Source of the DNA: a virus
Taxonomy: Duplodnaviria; Caudoviricetes
Virus record (IMG/VR): IMGVR_UViG_2974529611_000001
Coordinates: 3,486-67,485 of that record
Length of the DNA stretch: 64,000 nt
Strand: one strand, 5' to 3'
The notes beneath the pieces were generated by a model, which was not told the DNA's origin, ran no database searches, and saw only the letters and a list, made by a program, of their open reading frames with translations. A program made the translations under genes and the position numbers. Positions 20,401 through 29,222 of the stretch are shown here, one piece after another; the stretch's first letter is position 1, and each line of letters starts with the position of its first letter.

Positions 20401-21623
20401 ACCACCTGATCCAGCGAGAGTCTGGTGGCAACCCTAAGATCAGGCAGGGTATTGTCGATGCCAACAGCGGCGGTAACGAGGCCGAAGGTCTCTTCCAGAT
20501 TGCCAGGGGAACCTGGGAAGGCAACGGTGGCAAGGACTTTGCCGAGACAGCTGGACAGGCCACGGCTGAGCAGCAGGCGATCATCGCCGCTCGCATCTTC
20601 CAGAAGTCCGGCGGTTCCCCCTGGGGCGCTGGCATGCCTGGTCGCGAGTCTGAAGAGGAGCTTAGGGCCGGTCTCGTACGGTCGGGAGCGGCACCGCAGT
20701 CGAGCGGTACCTACGGGAGCGCGACTGAAGACACGGCAGCGCAGCAGCTAGAAGCTCTTCGGGCTCAGAATCAGACGCTTGACCAGACGATCAAGACTCT
20801 CCAGAATCCGGACTCTACCGACGAGCAAATCATCGGTGGCCTTCAGGACCTGGACACTACGATCAAGAACACCGAAGACCCTGACATCCGCGAGCAGCTG
20901 GAACAGATTCGTGACAACACGATGACGGACCGTGGCATCAAGGAGTACGACCCTGAAGAGGGCAAGTCAGAGGACCCGATTGGCGACACCATCGGCATCG
21001 CCCAGAATGTTCTTGGCATCTACAATGCCATGTCGTCGGGCTTCCAGAATGCTGGCCAGCTGTTCGAGATGATGGTCCGAGGCATCGAGAATACCAAGGA
21101 CATCAACGACATGGTTGATGGTGTTCAGTCGATTGTCTCGACCATCACAGGTATCGTTGATACCGTGGTCTCCGTGGCAGGTACCGTGGCCAGCCTCGCA
21201 GCGTTGGCAGGCGCGGCAGTCCCCGGTGTGGGCCAGGCTCTGGCAGCCGTATCAGCTGTGACCGGCGGCATTGGACAGGTCCAGTCGGTCGTTGACTTGA
21301 TCCAGGATGCATTCTCCATCGTGGGTCGTTGGGTTGGCTCGGCACTCAGCTGGCTCGTCGGCGGCGGGCAGGGTCCGCTCAAGGGTGACGTCAAGGCGCT
21401 CCTCGACACCAACAACCAGACGCTCAAGTTCTGGTCCAGCGACAATGCCCTCAACAAGAGTTCGTTCAACCTGGACCCGTTCAACATGTTCCAGGATCGC
21501 GAAACGGGAATGACCACGAACCAGTACAATATCTACGCCAACCCGAACGCTCCCGCCAGCGAGATCGTCAATGAGTTGGGCTACGCAATGAGGGTCAACG
21601 GAACAGGAGCGTACCAGGAATGA
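14412..21623 (+). CDS. Tape measure protein (~2400 aa) with embedded peptidoglycan-hydrolase-like domains
   Basis: Probable TTG start at 14412; Ala/Gly helical repeats. M15-like motif LTSGMR...SFHSTGQAGD (~19950-20210) and Rpf/lysozyme-like motif IQRESGGN...GLFQI...ATAEQQ (~20400-20630). Confidence 0.92.
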   Translation: MPDYDLGRAHGEIVIDHDERANKATERALRELRDDIRALDRQIKDLNDTMRRQAAHLHASSRAADHAAASTNRLTAAQRRNAVAARTMTAANVTLGRSLRSTGNLATGAVQSLAEFGASYVGIKNVSFAAKDMGENMVRLGATLKRVSYRLDPYLSAVQNVNIGLKWTAMRSAQASAGLAKFGNSVGIVSRNLRDSAAAFRDSQKAAYAHAETMSNTYRNIRVLGSEIQNEYVNIGARFVKSLGRMTLTVGGLRKALAEMPPAMKAIYSASMAVVTVANALDSIATKVKTVGAALGSLASAGFAKATDAAKAMVASTTAAVASLANVTKGFVAARIAALKYAAGAAQAAAANLLISNTSRRTRLMMAQWAGILTNNAKAATNFVRSTSGFQASARGIRRVATAFTLFGGSVAGAMTRVGGLNILQNLTVPLKGLARNFIETNSHVQAFRKRLTDAGVSTARFGRTLGGMGAGVTKMASGMLTAVSGAAMLRRALTGFKPLMNKIVFGLQAIVLAAVAVGAAGGLIMGLGNALKQLSGIVGILPGAISAAALALGPLIIGFMGLAKAIGAGTKEGEEFTKAIEGMSPEMKKVAFAVKDVKGEWKELKEITTDTIFKDFDQEVRGITKDVLPSLKVGLKQVSGGLNDFIQQITSHLREPETIHKLNAAFTDTANLTTNLGRAFGPLLDGMREFGTEGLSILARMSRSASNMTSVFAVWAKSMTVKDAETGMSRLDAIVQRSIRGWGQLGSIVKDAFGIVGDFFHAIGRSGTNALDRWSRSIAEARQSLQEMYSDGGIKTMTAAFTTLAGHMQQALKIVVDGFRDLGQSIGPELADITQAFSVGFVNGVRKAVEIIGSFIKLVANIPGVDSIIGIAASMVTLFKATQLVFGMFSKLVAILVAPIMLFKGLTTSIVGYIAAVKAGTTGTAFMARALDRLKISAVGAQIALGAIGAALGIALVAFASWAYFSEKSRQKNAEVEASIKKTTEGLHDFRDAVYEANGAIDTKAMDALAVSIEGMYEQLTQKANSDATGIKEFARQVDNISQIVTFGMAGRDDHEKEANRIDDVARAAERGKQKLDSYGMSMADIGKVASGSESDFLAFRQAFVNMGKDGADVVQLLDNARAKVTAVTDAAKAMGPGALNISNGLRKMGEEGASTTDKLEGLKQVLQGLGLIQTSAEQQMFEYQEELKKLGDTSQYVVDQNAKLGKAMTDANGKLDPRNSNAQELNKVLQGISDKFLANAAAGNDAGQMYKDLLPQIRKVGEAYGFQGDEILEVIKNYGIVPAEVSTIMALVGADSIERDIAGLLLQIDQLTNKPKTISIESQAAVDQLKALGVAVGNFNAETKTAEVSLKPGQNAEQVAAALTAWLSQNVEIDPKLKPGFQQNLKKELSGQPPVEVPVKPGVAKQERIPANAGAGGASIPTPTPQAPSNPLQPVEQSANQAKSGVDNLKKAMEGLKDVVVTVKVFGTNEAAVGAERLRAALDAVREKVVNVKVYGTNEAAGPAERLRAALDAIKDVTATVHIEGLVEMNEAMLRTIELLDAVGNSAEKAATKVSEAFKSMKTAADEFKTLVATINAQLVTLANSGFTRGQTLGQGFANGILSKVEAVHEAATELAKAASQPLPNSPAKTGPFSGRGWTPYRGKALAKGFADGIAAGTGSVQSVSLDLARAVASAIDEINVAWSGVDTNFDANRDIPGAKKYYRDPEISKAELEKARRERAEEEAQQAKDDAYRASKKAGEDLPEQESKVKDAEQKVRDAEKELKEAKDNEDIKRAKDRLAEAQVDLKDQQDELKRIKDQAASNPGAAASGAAAAGTKGGLRPNPNRTDYLAAMSDIASRFNLQLTSGMRDEPGSFHSTGQAGDFSNGVRTPEMLAFANFIADNFRPWTKELIYDDPRFDRQIDEGKFVGGGGGSSGFFAGSGDHSNHVHWAVSEAPEWTGAIGKAVTDSINQGAADGANKAKPKVADAVSGGVLTVPLVQNPDGTWSSTDKAWDHLIQRESGGNPKIRQGIVDANSGGNEAEGLFQIARGTWEGNGGKDFAETAGQATAEQQAIIAARIFQKSGGSPWGAGMPGRESEEELRAGLVRSGAAPQSSGTYGSATEDTAAQQLEALRAQNQTLDQTIKTLQNPDSTDEQIIGGLQDLDTTIKNTEDPDIREQLEQIRDNTMTDRGIKEYDPEEGKSEDPIGDTIGIAQNVLGIYNAMSSGFQNAGQLFEMMVRGIENTKDINDMVDGVQSIVSTITGIVDTVVSVAGTVASLAALAGAAVPGVGQALAAVSAVTGGIGQVQSVVDLIQDAFSIVGRWVGSALSWLVGGGQGPLKGDVKALLDTNNQTLKFWSSDNALNKSSFNLDPFNMFQDRETGMTTNQYNIYANPNAPASEIVNELGYAMRVNGTGAYQE

Positions 21624-22483
21624 CTCGCCTACAGGAGGGCCAGTACAAGCTTGGTGATCTGGTGTTCGGGGCAGGAACTCCGATCCAGATCACCAAGTTC
21701 GAGCCCCAAGGCTTTGATGCCAACGTCAATGACCTGCCCAAGGAGCAGGTTGACGAGGTGTCATTTGGCTTCGACTCGTACTCGCCGAAGCCCGTGGCCA
21801 TTGAGGGCGGTATCCTCAACCAGTTCGACGTGTTCCGTGGACCGGGCCACCTCCTCCCTGGCGGAATCTCCGGCCAAGACCTCCAGGAGATGTTCTTCAA
21901 AGAGTGGCGAGCCGACGAAGTTCGTCGCGTATGGAATGCAATGAAGCCATTGCACTACAAGAAGGGTGGTCCGCAGAAGATTCTGTTTGGTCGCCCTCGG
22001 AAGATCAACATGATCCCGGCTCGCCGTGGCGCTGACTTCATTCCATTCGTTGCAGAGTACATGCCAGCTGACGTTCTGGCCTATTCATACGAGGAGCATT
22101 CGACACCTGAGGTCTCCCCGACGACTGCCGGGACTAAGCCGTACTCTCTCACCCGCTTCGAGGGCACGGCAGACGCCTGGTTCAGGGCCGTCATTACCGG
22201 CCCCGCGAATCAGCCGACGATTGAGTTCGGCAACTGGATGGTCAAGGTTGACCACAACTTGGGCGCTGGCAAGCTCATGGAGATCAGCGCCCAGCCTTGG
22301 CTGCGTCGAGTGATCAATTCTGATTCGCTGAACCTGTCTGCTAAGCTAATAGGTGATTCGGCGTACTTGAATGAGATGAAGATTCCCCCGAAGGCTACAA
22401 CCAACTGGGGATTCTCCTGCACTGGTTCAACAAGCGCCACCAAGTGTTTCCTCACTTGGCGAGATGCGTACGTCTCATACTGA
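21620..22483 (+). CDS. Minor tail protein (distal tail-like)
   Basis: First gene after the tape measure, ATGA overlap, 287 aa. Confidence 0.75.
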   Translation: MTRLQEGQYKLGDLVFGAGTPIQITKFEPQGFDANVNDLPKEQVDEVSFGFDSYSPKPVAIEGGILNQFDVFRGPGHLLPGGISGQDLQEMFFKEWRADEVRRVWNAMKPLHYKKGGPQKILFGRPRKINMIPARRGADFIPFVAEYMPADVLAYSYEEHSTPEVSPTTAGTKPYSLTRFEGTADAWFRAVITGPANQPTIEFGNWMVKVDHNLGAGKLMEISAQPWLRRVINSDSLNLSAKLIGDSAYLNEMKIPPKATTNWGFSCTGSTSATKCFLTWRDAYVSY

Positions 22484-22498
22484 GTCCAAGGAGACCGA

Positions 22499-23623
22499 AT
22501 GAGATTGATTGTGGAGCATGCTACCACGCGGGAGATACTCACGCGTGACCTTGACGTGGCCGAGGCCAACTTCAGCAAGATGCTATCCGGACCTTGCCAA
22601 ATCCAGGCTAAGATTCCGTGGAAGGGCCTGAACAACGACTTCATCAAGTTCAAGCCGTATGGGCACTTGATCCATGTCGAAGAAACCATCAATGGTACCC
22701 GCAAGATTCTTGGCAGTGGCATTGTGCAGCCATCCGAAGTCGATGACCAGACTGGCGACCTCGATCTCGTGGCAGAGGGGTTCAGCAATTACCCCAAGGG
22801 CATTCCGTGGTTGCAGAACTGGAACCCCATTACGGTGGACCCGTTCGAGATATTCCACAAGGCTTGGCAGCATATCCAGAGCTACCCGACTGGTAATTTG
22901 AACGTCACCATCACGCCAGAGTCCTCTGGAACCTACATGCTGCCAGGCTTTAGCTTTGATGGCTCTGAATTCATCCTGGACTTCTTCGCATTCTTCCTGC
23001 GCTCCGCTGACATGCGGGACATTGCCGAGACGCTCAATGCCTTGGCCCGCGACATTCCATTCGACTACCTTGAGAGGTCGCAGTGGAACTCCAATCGTAC
23101 TCAGATCGACAAGAGCATCCTGTTGGGCTACCCGAACTTCGGCGTCCATCAGGAGGCTATGGTCTTTAGATTCGGAGAGAACGCGCTGGCAGGCAAGCCA
23201 AAGCCAGAGGCCGAGATCGAGTGGTCCAGCGAGATCATTATCAAGGGCTGGTTCCCTGGAAAGGTCTACAGCTCAGACTTCAAGAACGACGACAGTGACC
23301 GCCTTCGTCGAGTGATCAAGGAGGAGGATGCCCAGATCAACTCGAAGGAACGGGCCAAGGCTTGGGCCAAGCGCAAGCTGACTCGCCGCCAGGTGCCGGA
23401 CTACTGGGAAGAGTTGACCGTCGATGCCAATCACCCGAATGCTCCGTTTGGCCAGTGGGACCTGGGAGACGAGATCAAGGTTGAGGGAATCATGCCATGG
23501 GTTGGCAAGGTCTCCGCTCCTCACCGGATCATCGGCTATACCTGGGATGGCAGTGGCACCTCCACGCTCCGCATGAAGCACGAGGGCGCGTTCAACTATG
23601 ATCCCGTCGAGTACGAAAGCTGA
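22499..23623 (+). CDS. Minor tail protein (baseplate hub/Tal-like)
   Basis: 374 aa; position; C-terminal WDLGDEI.V...RIIG pattern. Confidence 0.75.
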   Translation: MRLIVEHATTREILTRDLDVAEANFSKMLSGPCQIQAKIPWKGLNNDFIKFKPYGHLIHVEETINGTRKILGSGIVQPSEVDDQTGDLDLVAEGFSNYPKGIPWLQNWNPITVDPFEIFHKAWQHIQSYPTGNLNVTITPESSGTYMLPGFSFDGSEFILDFFAFFLRSADMRDIAETLNALARDIPFDYLERSQWNSNRTQIDKSILLGYPNFGVHQEAMVFRFGENALAGKPKPEAEIEWSSEIIIKGWFPGKVYSSDFKNDDSDRLRRVIKEEDAQINSKERAKAWAKRKLTRRQVPDYWEELTVDANHPNAPFGQWDLGDEIKVEGIMPWVGKVSAPHRIIGYTWDGSGTSTLRMKHEGAFNYDPVEYES

Positions 23624-23625
23624 CC

Positions 23626-25626
23626 ATGGGCTGGAACGATTACGAGTCAAAGCAGGTTCGGGCACTTCGTGGCATCTCCACTCGCTCTGAGAAGCCCAAC
23701 AAAGACCTTGAGACGAACATCCGCAATCTGAACAACTCGGTGCGGTACATGTCTTCGATGATGGGGATCATGCAGGAGGGCATCGACGATGCCAACCGTG
23801 ACATCCTCCAGCAGTTCAGTGACGCGATCCAAGACCTGATGATCATCTTCAACCTTGGCGGAGGTGGCGACACGCTCAACCTCGATTGGGGTGATCTGGG
23901 TGTCGTTCTCAAGAACATCTCGTCCATCTTCAGGTTTGACTTCTTCAACCTTGATCTTCCAGACATTGATCTTCTCGGTTGGGCACAGGAGTTCTGGGAC
24001 AACACCTTTGGCAACCTGGACATTTTGAACTTTGAGCGGCTCAAAGAGGCATTCAACGGCGAGTACGTCGGCCCCGACATTGCTCTCAATATCATCCAGA
24101 ATGTAATCCGGACGATCAAGCGCCTGGCCAGCGGCATCATTGCCCCGTGGCGACTTCCGCAGATCAGCGTCAGCTCGATCACTAATGAGCCTGGCCCCAA
24201 CTTGCTATCGAGCTTCGGCGGCTTCAACGCTGCCGAGGACATAGCTGGTGATGGCATCTGGGTCTTTGATCCTGATGTTGGCAAGACTGCCCCTGGATCG
24301 GCCCGTACCGATGCGAATGGAACTCTAAAGGTTCTGTCGTCAGAGGCCATCGCTGTTTCCGCTGGCCAGACACTCCAAGTTGGCGGATGGGTCAAGTGGC
24401 AGGGTGCCGTGGCAACAGGTTCTGCCTTCCGTATCTTGGTGGTGCCGTACATTGGCAGTCTTGCCCAGACCCCGGTTCAGATCAGCACTCTGAACAACCC
24501 AGCGGCCAACGGTGAGAATACGTTCCCGATGACCGACTGGACTGTTCCTGCCAGCGTTGACGCGGTCCGCGTTCGTGTGACCGTGGAGGCTTCTGTCACA
24601 TCGGGAACCGTGTGGTGGGATGACCTGGTTCTTCGTAAAGCTGGCTCCACACTTCCGCAAAGCTTCATTGGTGGCCTTGGGCAGCGGTTGCAGGACCTCG
24701 ATGACAATGATACTGGGCTCGATGATGCCATCGGTAAGTTGGCTGGCAATATCAACAACGCGATCAGCGCAACCGTCGAAGACGTTGGTGAGGGCGTCGG
24801 TGACATCCTCGAAGCGTTCAACACCATCTTCAACCTCAACCGTCAGTCAAAGGCCGCTGAGGCTGCTGCCCTCGAAGCCAAGCAGATGCTCGCCGCAATG
24901 AACAACCAGGAGGAAACCGGCGGCGATGGCATGGCCTGGTCTGTGGACTTCCCTAACGGCAACAACGATCCTCTGCCATCAGGCGATTGGCAGAACGTCA
25001 ACAACATCGTACTTCGTACCGAGGGTGGAGCAGGTGTTGTCGGCTCAGGAGGGGCGACCCCCGCCTGGGCGGCGACGACTCGAACTACAAACACCGACTC
25101 GCAGAAGTGTTCTTTCATTATTTCGTTCATCAACGGCTCCGACCAGGAGTCGGGTGTCTTTATTCGGGCGACAAGCGACCTGTCGTCTGGCGTTCTGTGT
25201 ACGGTGACTGAGAGTGGCAAGCTCTTCCTGACTCGTGCTTCGGTCTCTGGTGGAACGGTCAGCATCGTTGGCACTGCCTTCCTGAATGTTACCCATGCCG
25301 CTGGATTCAAGGTCGGAGACCAGATCGAGGTTCGCTGTAATGGTACTTACTACTACATCTACAAGAACGGCAAGCAGATCTACTCGTACAACGACACTGG
25401 CAACGTGGTTCCAGTCGGAGAATCCAACCGCTACTGCGGTATGTACATGGAGCGCGAGCAGGTCTTTATCACTCTCTACACTTCGCCACGCTTCGCTTCG
25501 TTCTACATGTCGGACTGGTACATTCCGCCAGGCGGTCCGGTCAACGGATTCTGGCAAGGTTCACTGGTTCAGTACAACGCCCTGACCACCAAGCTTGACA
25601 CGGTCGCCTACTTCATTACACCATAA
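23626..25626 (+). CDS. Minor tail protein with carbohydrate-binding-like domains
   Basis: 666 aa; PWRLPQISVSSI followed by a CBM-like region (VGGWVKW...VRVRVTV...VWWDD), a coiled coil and a lectin-like C-terminus. Confidence 0.75.
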   Translation: MGWNDYESKQVRALRGISTRSEKPNKDLETNIRNLNNSVRYMSSMMGIMQEGIDDANRDILQQFSDAIQDLMIIFNLGGGGDTLNLDWGDLGVVLKNISSIFRFDFFNLDLPDIDLLGWAQEFWDNTFGNLDILNFERLKEAFNGEYVGPDIALNIIQNVIRTIKRLASGIIAPWRLPQISVSSITNEPGPNLLSSFGGFNAAEDIAGDGIWVFDPDVGKTAPGSARTDANGTLKVLSSEAIAVSAGQTLQVGGWVKWQGAVATGSAFRILVVPYIGSLAQTPVQISTLNNPAANGENTFPMTDWTVPASVDAVRVRVTVEASVTSGTVWWDDLVLRKAGSTLPQSFIGGLGQRLQDLDDNDTGLDDAIGKLAGNINNAISATVEDVGEGVGDILEAFNTIFNLNRQSKAAEAAALEAKQMLAAMNNQEETGGDGMAWSVDFPNGNNDPLPSGDWQNVNNIVLRTEGGAGVVGSGGATPAWAATTRTTNTDSQKCSFIISFINGSDQESGVFIRATSDLSSGVLCTVTESGKLFLTRASVSGGTVSIVGTAFLNVTHAAGFKVGDQIEVRCNGTYYYIYKNGKQIYSYNDTGNVVPVGESNRYCGMYMEREQVFITLYTSPRFASFYMSDWYIPPGGPVNGFWQGSLVQYNALTTKLDTVAYFITP

Positions 25627-26219
25627 TGGCAGAACCACTAGAGACCGGGTCACGAACAACATCAGGGGAATACTCCCTGGTGGTTCCGAGCTGGGCTGAT
25701 GTAATGGACTATGTAATTGTCGGCGGCGGCGGGCCAGGCAGCGACGGAAGCACATGGGGAATGGGCTCGCCAGGTGTTGATGGCGAAGTGGTATTCGATT
25801 CGGTGAGGGTTCGCCCTGGATCGACGCTTGCCTGCTCCGTGGCAACCAACAGCTCGAGCAGTAGCACTACAATCAACTTCACGTCATACACTGCCACCTC
25901 GGCCATCGGGCCAAGAAAGTCCAGCAGCACCGTCAACGTTACCCCAGTCATCGAGGGCGAGCCAGTATCTGGGGCCTGGGCATGCGACATTGGCTCACGA
26001 GGTAACGGCGGCGCTGGCGGATCGAGCGGCGGCGGCAATCCCGACAATGCCGGAAGTGGAAAGCCCGGCACCGGCGGCGGTCTGTTTTGGCGATTCCGGA
26101 AGGCCGCCCAGACACCGCGACTTGGAACCAAGCGAGCGCAGGATGTGAAGATTGGCAGCAAACAAGTTCAGGCCATCTACATTGGCACCAAGAAGGTTTG
26201 GGACAAGTCCGTTAACTAG
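25626..26219 (+). CDS. Glycine-rich minor tail protein
   Basis: VPSWADVMDYVIVGGGG and GNGGAGG repeats; TAATG coupling. Confidence 0.7.
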   Translation: MAEPLETGSRTTSGEYSLVVPSWADVMDYVIVGGGGPGSDGSTWGMGSPGVDGEVVFDSVRVRPGSTLACSVATNSSSSSTTINFTSYTATSAIGPRKSSSTVNVTPVIEGEPVSGAWACDIGSRGNGGAGGSSGGGNPDNAGSGKPGTGGGLFWRFRKAAQTPRLGTKRAQDVKIGSKQVQAIYIGTKKVWDKSVN

Positions 26220-26228
26220 GAGGAAATC

Positions 26229-26396
26229 ATGGCAGATGTCACAATCACCCACCCTGATGCACCTGGGGTGACATTCACCCTCAGCTCATCGGGAACCGGC
26301 GCAGACATGTTCACGCTACGCGCCCACAGCGACGACATGCAAGACGAGCTGGGTAACCCCAAGCTCCTGACCGAGGTAGGATTCCCCAGGCCATGA
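26229..26396 (+). CDS. 55-aa protein not in the ORF track (MADVTITHPDAPGVTF...)
   Basis: GGAGGA RBS, ATG at 26229, and a TGA overlapping the next ATG (ATGA). Confidence 0.7.
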   Translation: MADVTITHPDAPGVTFTLSSSGTGADMFTLRAHSDDMQDELGNPKLLTEVGFPRP

Positions 26397-27449
26397 GCGG
26401 CTGGTCTCCAGAAGGACCCCCAGTAGAAAGTGGTGGGGCACTGTGGTCATCGGGAGATGGCCCGCCAACCATTGCCTGGGGCTCCTTCTGGGGTAACGTT
26501 CCGGTCTTGACCGGGGTCGGATCGGCACTGGCCCAGGACAAGGCAGCTTTGAAGTACAAGGCCAACGTCCTGTCCAGTGCCCAGGCTGATGATGAACTGT
26601 ACGTGGGGCTCGATCCCATGCAGGACTTCGAGGTTAGGATCAAGCCTCGGGAGAATGCCGGGGGGCAATGATCAACTCGGCATGTCGATTGACGCGATCC
26701 TGCGGGACTCAGCCGGGGCCGTCGACCTTTCCCGGCTCGGCTTGAAGGGCAGAGACAACGGGGCAGGCTCCGACTTCGGCCTCAATAAACCGAAAGTCCC
26801 TGGCCGTGATAGTGGTGCAGCAGATGGCCCATCGCTGGTCAACTTGGCATCTTCAGCCCGCGAAGCTGGCGGAGGAGAAGACCTGGCCAGCAATAGATTC
26901 ACACCAGTGTCGCCACTATCTTCAGTTTACAGTACCGTTGGCACATTCTCATACACCATCCCAGTATGGTCAAGTGCCATTGAGATTGTCTGCCTTGGCG
27001 GAGGAGCAGGCGGTAACGGTGGTGGTAGCTTTGCCGGTGACGGCGGCAAAGCCTCAACTTGGGCCTGGGGAACATTCGTGCGGGGAGTCCATATACCATG
27101 GACTGAAATTAACCTGTCGGTTGTAGTCGGCGCGGGCGGGGGTGGGGGTGGCGGCGGAGCGTTCGGCGGCACGGGTGGAAATGGATCACCCAGCTACGTC
27201 CAACGATCTGGGAATGATATTCTTCGTTCTCACGGGGCTGTCGCAGTCGGCGGAACCGGCATCAACCGAACTGGTGACGCCGTATCTCCAGCTACGTTCG
27301 AGCTAAATGGCGTGACGTATAATGGTGGTGCGGCTTCAACGACTGATACCGCCAGCGTTCCTGGCTCAGGTGGTCGTGGTGGAGGTTCGCTTCAGGCCGG
27401 TAAGGCTGGTGGCCGGGGGCAGATTTGGATAAGGGCAATACAGTACTGA
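26393..27449 (+). CDS. Glycine-rich minor tail/fibre protein split into two frames at a G6 run (26660-26665)
   Basis: ORF 26393..26671 and ORF 26655..27449 join into one 351-aa frame if one G is removed. R[DE]xxxxxD-like repeats continue across the junction. Confidence 0.65.
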
Positions 27450-27464
27450 TGGAAGGCAATTGAA

Positions 27465-27830
27465 ATGGCAGCAACATACCAGGATGCTCACCTCCTGGCA
27501 GCAACGAACGCGATCACTGCCCTGGGAAACAGGATCGGCCTGTACGTCGGCGGCACTCGTGTTGGTACCGTGTACGCTGACACGACCTGGGGCGGTGCGG
27601 TGAAGGTCAACGAAGATGGCTTCACCTGGGGCAAGTCGACTGGCTCGGCGGCAACGATCACCGTGCCAGGCGGAACCCTGTCGAATGGAGCGGTGATTGA
27701 TCGCTACGGAATCCTCAATGGTACCACGCTGTTGCGGACCGAGGCTCTTCCGGTCGCCCTGACCATCAATGATGCCAGCCAAGCATTCAGCGTGGACGTC
27801 ACGCCGATCTTCCGATACCGAGGAGTGTAA
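27465..27830 (+). CDS. Minor tail protein
   Basis: GGAAGG RBS; 121-aa beta protein in the tail cluster. Confidence 0.65.
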   Translation: MAATYQDAHLLAATNAITALGNRIGLYVGGTRVGTVYADTTWGGAVKVNEDGFTWGKSTGSAATITVPGGTLSNGAVIDRYGILNGTTLLRTEALPVALTINDASQAFSVDVTPIFRYRGV

Positions 27831-27832
27831 CA

Positions 27833-28066
27833 ATGATCAATCCACTGGAAACCGAAGCCGAGAAGGACGTTTACATCGCCATTCTGGAGCGACAGCTCTT
27901 GGGTGCCACCGTTGAGAGCCTGCGCCTGGCGGCCCTCATGGAGATCAAGGACGCTGACTCCAGCGTTCACGATGATGAGCTTCTGGATTGGGCAAAGAAG
28001 CGGGCTGAAGAACGGCTGGGCGGGTATCGGAATGACGTGAAGAAGATGGCGCAACGGTCATTCTGA
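27833..28066 (+). CDS. Hypothetical protein
   Basis: GAGGAG RBS; fills the gap between the tail genes and the lysin. Confidence 0.6.
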   Translation: MINPLETEAEKDVYIAILERQLLGATVESLRLAALMEIKDADSSVHDDELLDWAKKRAEERLGGYRNDVKKMAQRSF

Positions 28067-28105
28067 CTGAGCGGGTATACTAGGGGGTATACTCGGGAGG
28101 TAATA

Positions 28106-29212
28106 ATGGGTGATGTCGTCTGGCTTGAAAAGGCTTTCAGGAATGCTGGCCTACCAATTGAAGTATTCCCTGGCGCGTATCAACGCGGCCATGGAGACCT
28201 CATCGGCGACAAGCCATTCATGCATCACACTGGCAGCTTCAACGAGACGGCCAACGGCATCGCCAACCACCCAAGCCTCGGGCTGTGCAGCCAGCTGTTC
28301 CTCAAGAAGGGTAAGTTCACCCTTTGTGGAGTCGGAGTCGCCTACCATGCTGGAATGGGAAGTGGCTTCGGCCTCCCCACAAACAACGGCAACTGGCACT
28401 CCATCGGCATCGAGGCCGCCCACGATGGCAGGGCCAAGTGGGACACCTACCATCTGAACAACTACCTTGAGGGCATCCGGGTCATCAACCGGCACCGGGG
28501 CAAGCCGCTCAACGACGTGGTGGCACACAAGGAGTACGGGGCCATCCAGGGCAAGTGGGACCCAGGCAACCTCGACATGAAGTGGGTCCGCCAGGTTCTG
28601 CTGGAAGAGAAGAAGCCAGCCCAGGCCGTGGTCATCAACATGATCGAGCTGGAGGCCAAGGAGAACCCTTGGGTCGGCAAGCGTCTGGCCAAGCCCGGTG
28701 CCGAGGGCGAGATGAAGGTCGGCCACAAGCTCCAGGGGCGTCTGGTGGAATACGAGAACGCCCACATCTACTTCCACCCATCTTGCGGAGCCCATGCCAT
28801 CCCTCATGGTGGGCTGTTCGAGGCTTACGCCAACTTTGGTTTCGAGAAGGGTCCGCTGGGATACCCCGTCCGAGACTTCACCAAGCTCCCTGAGGGTGCC
28901 GTCATGGCATTCCAGGGTGCCGTCCTTTACAAGAAGGATGGCAAGGATGCCCAGTACGTCAAGGGCGTCATTGGGCAGCGCTGGGCCAAGGAGGGTTACG
29001 AGAAGGGGCCGCTGGGTTGGGCCACCTCTCTCGAAATCCCGAATGGCACTGGCGGAGTTATCCAGTACTTTGAAAATGGCTCTCTGGAGTGGGACCCGAG
29101 CGGTGCGGTCGAGAAGATTGGCCAGTTCGCAGTTCGTGATCTCTCCATCGTCAACGAGAAGACTGGTCTGCCGTTGGCTGTAGACGCAGTCAACTTGTCC
29201 ACCGCAGCATAG
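28106..29212 (+). CDS. lysA: Endolysin (lysin A): N-acetylmuramoyl-L-alanine amidase plus LGFP repeats
   Basis: Amidase_2 motifs (MHHTG, YHAG, SIGIE, VAHKE...KWDPG) and LGFP-like repeats (GPLGYP, GPLGWA). Confidence 0.9.
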   Translation: MGDVVWLEKAFRNAGLPIEVFPGAYQRGHGDLIGDKPFMHHTGSFNETANGIANHPSLGLCSQLFLKKGKFTLCGVGVAYHAGMGSGFGLPTNNGNWHSIGIEAAHDGRAKWDTYHLNNYLEGIRVINRHRGKPLNDVVAHKEYGAIQGKWDPGNLDMKWVRQVLLEEKKPAQAVVINMIELEAKENPWVGKRLAKPGAEGEMKVGHKLQGRLVEYENAHIYFHPSCGAHAIPHGGLFEAYANFGFEKGPLGYPVRDFTKLPEGAVMAFQGAVLYKKDGKDAQYVKGVIGQRWAKEGYEKGPLGWATSLEIPNGTGGVIQYFENGSLEWDPSGAVEKIGQFAVRDLSIVNEKTGLPLAVDAVNLSTAA

Positions 29213-29222
29213 GAGTTTTGGA

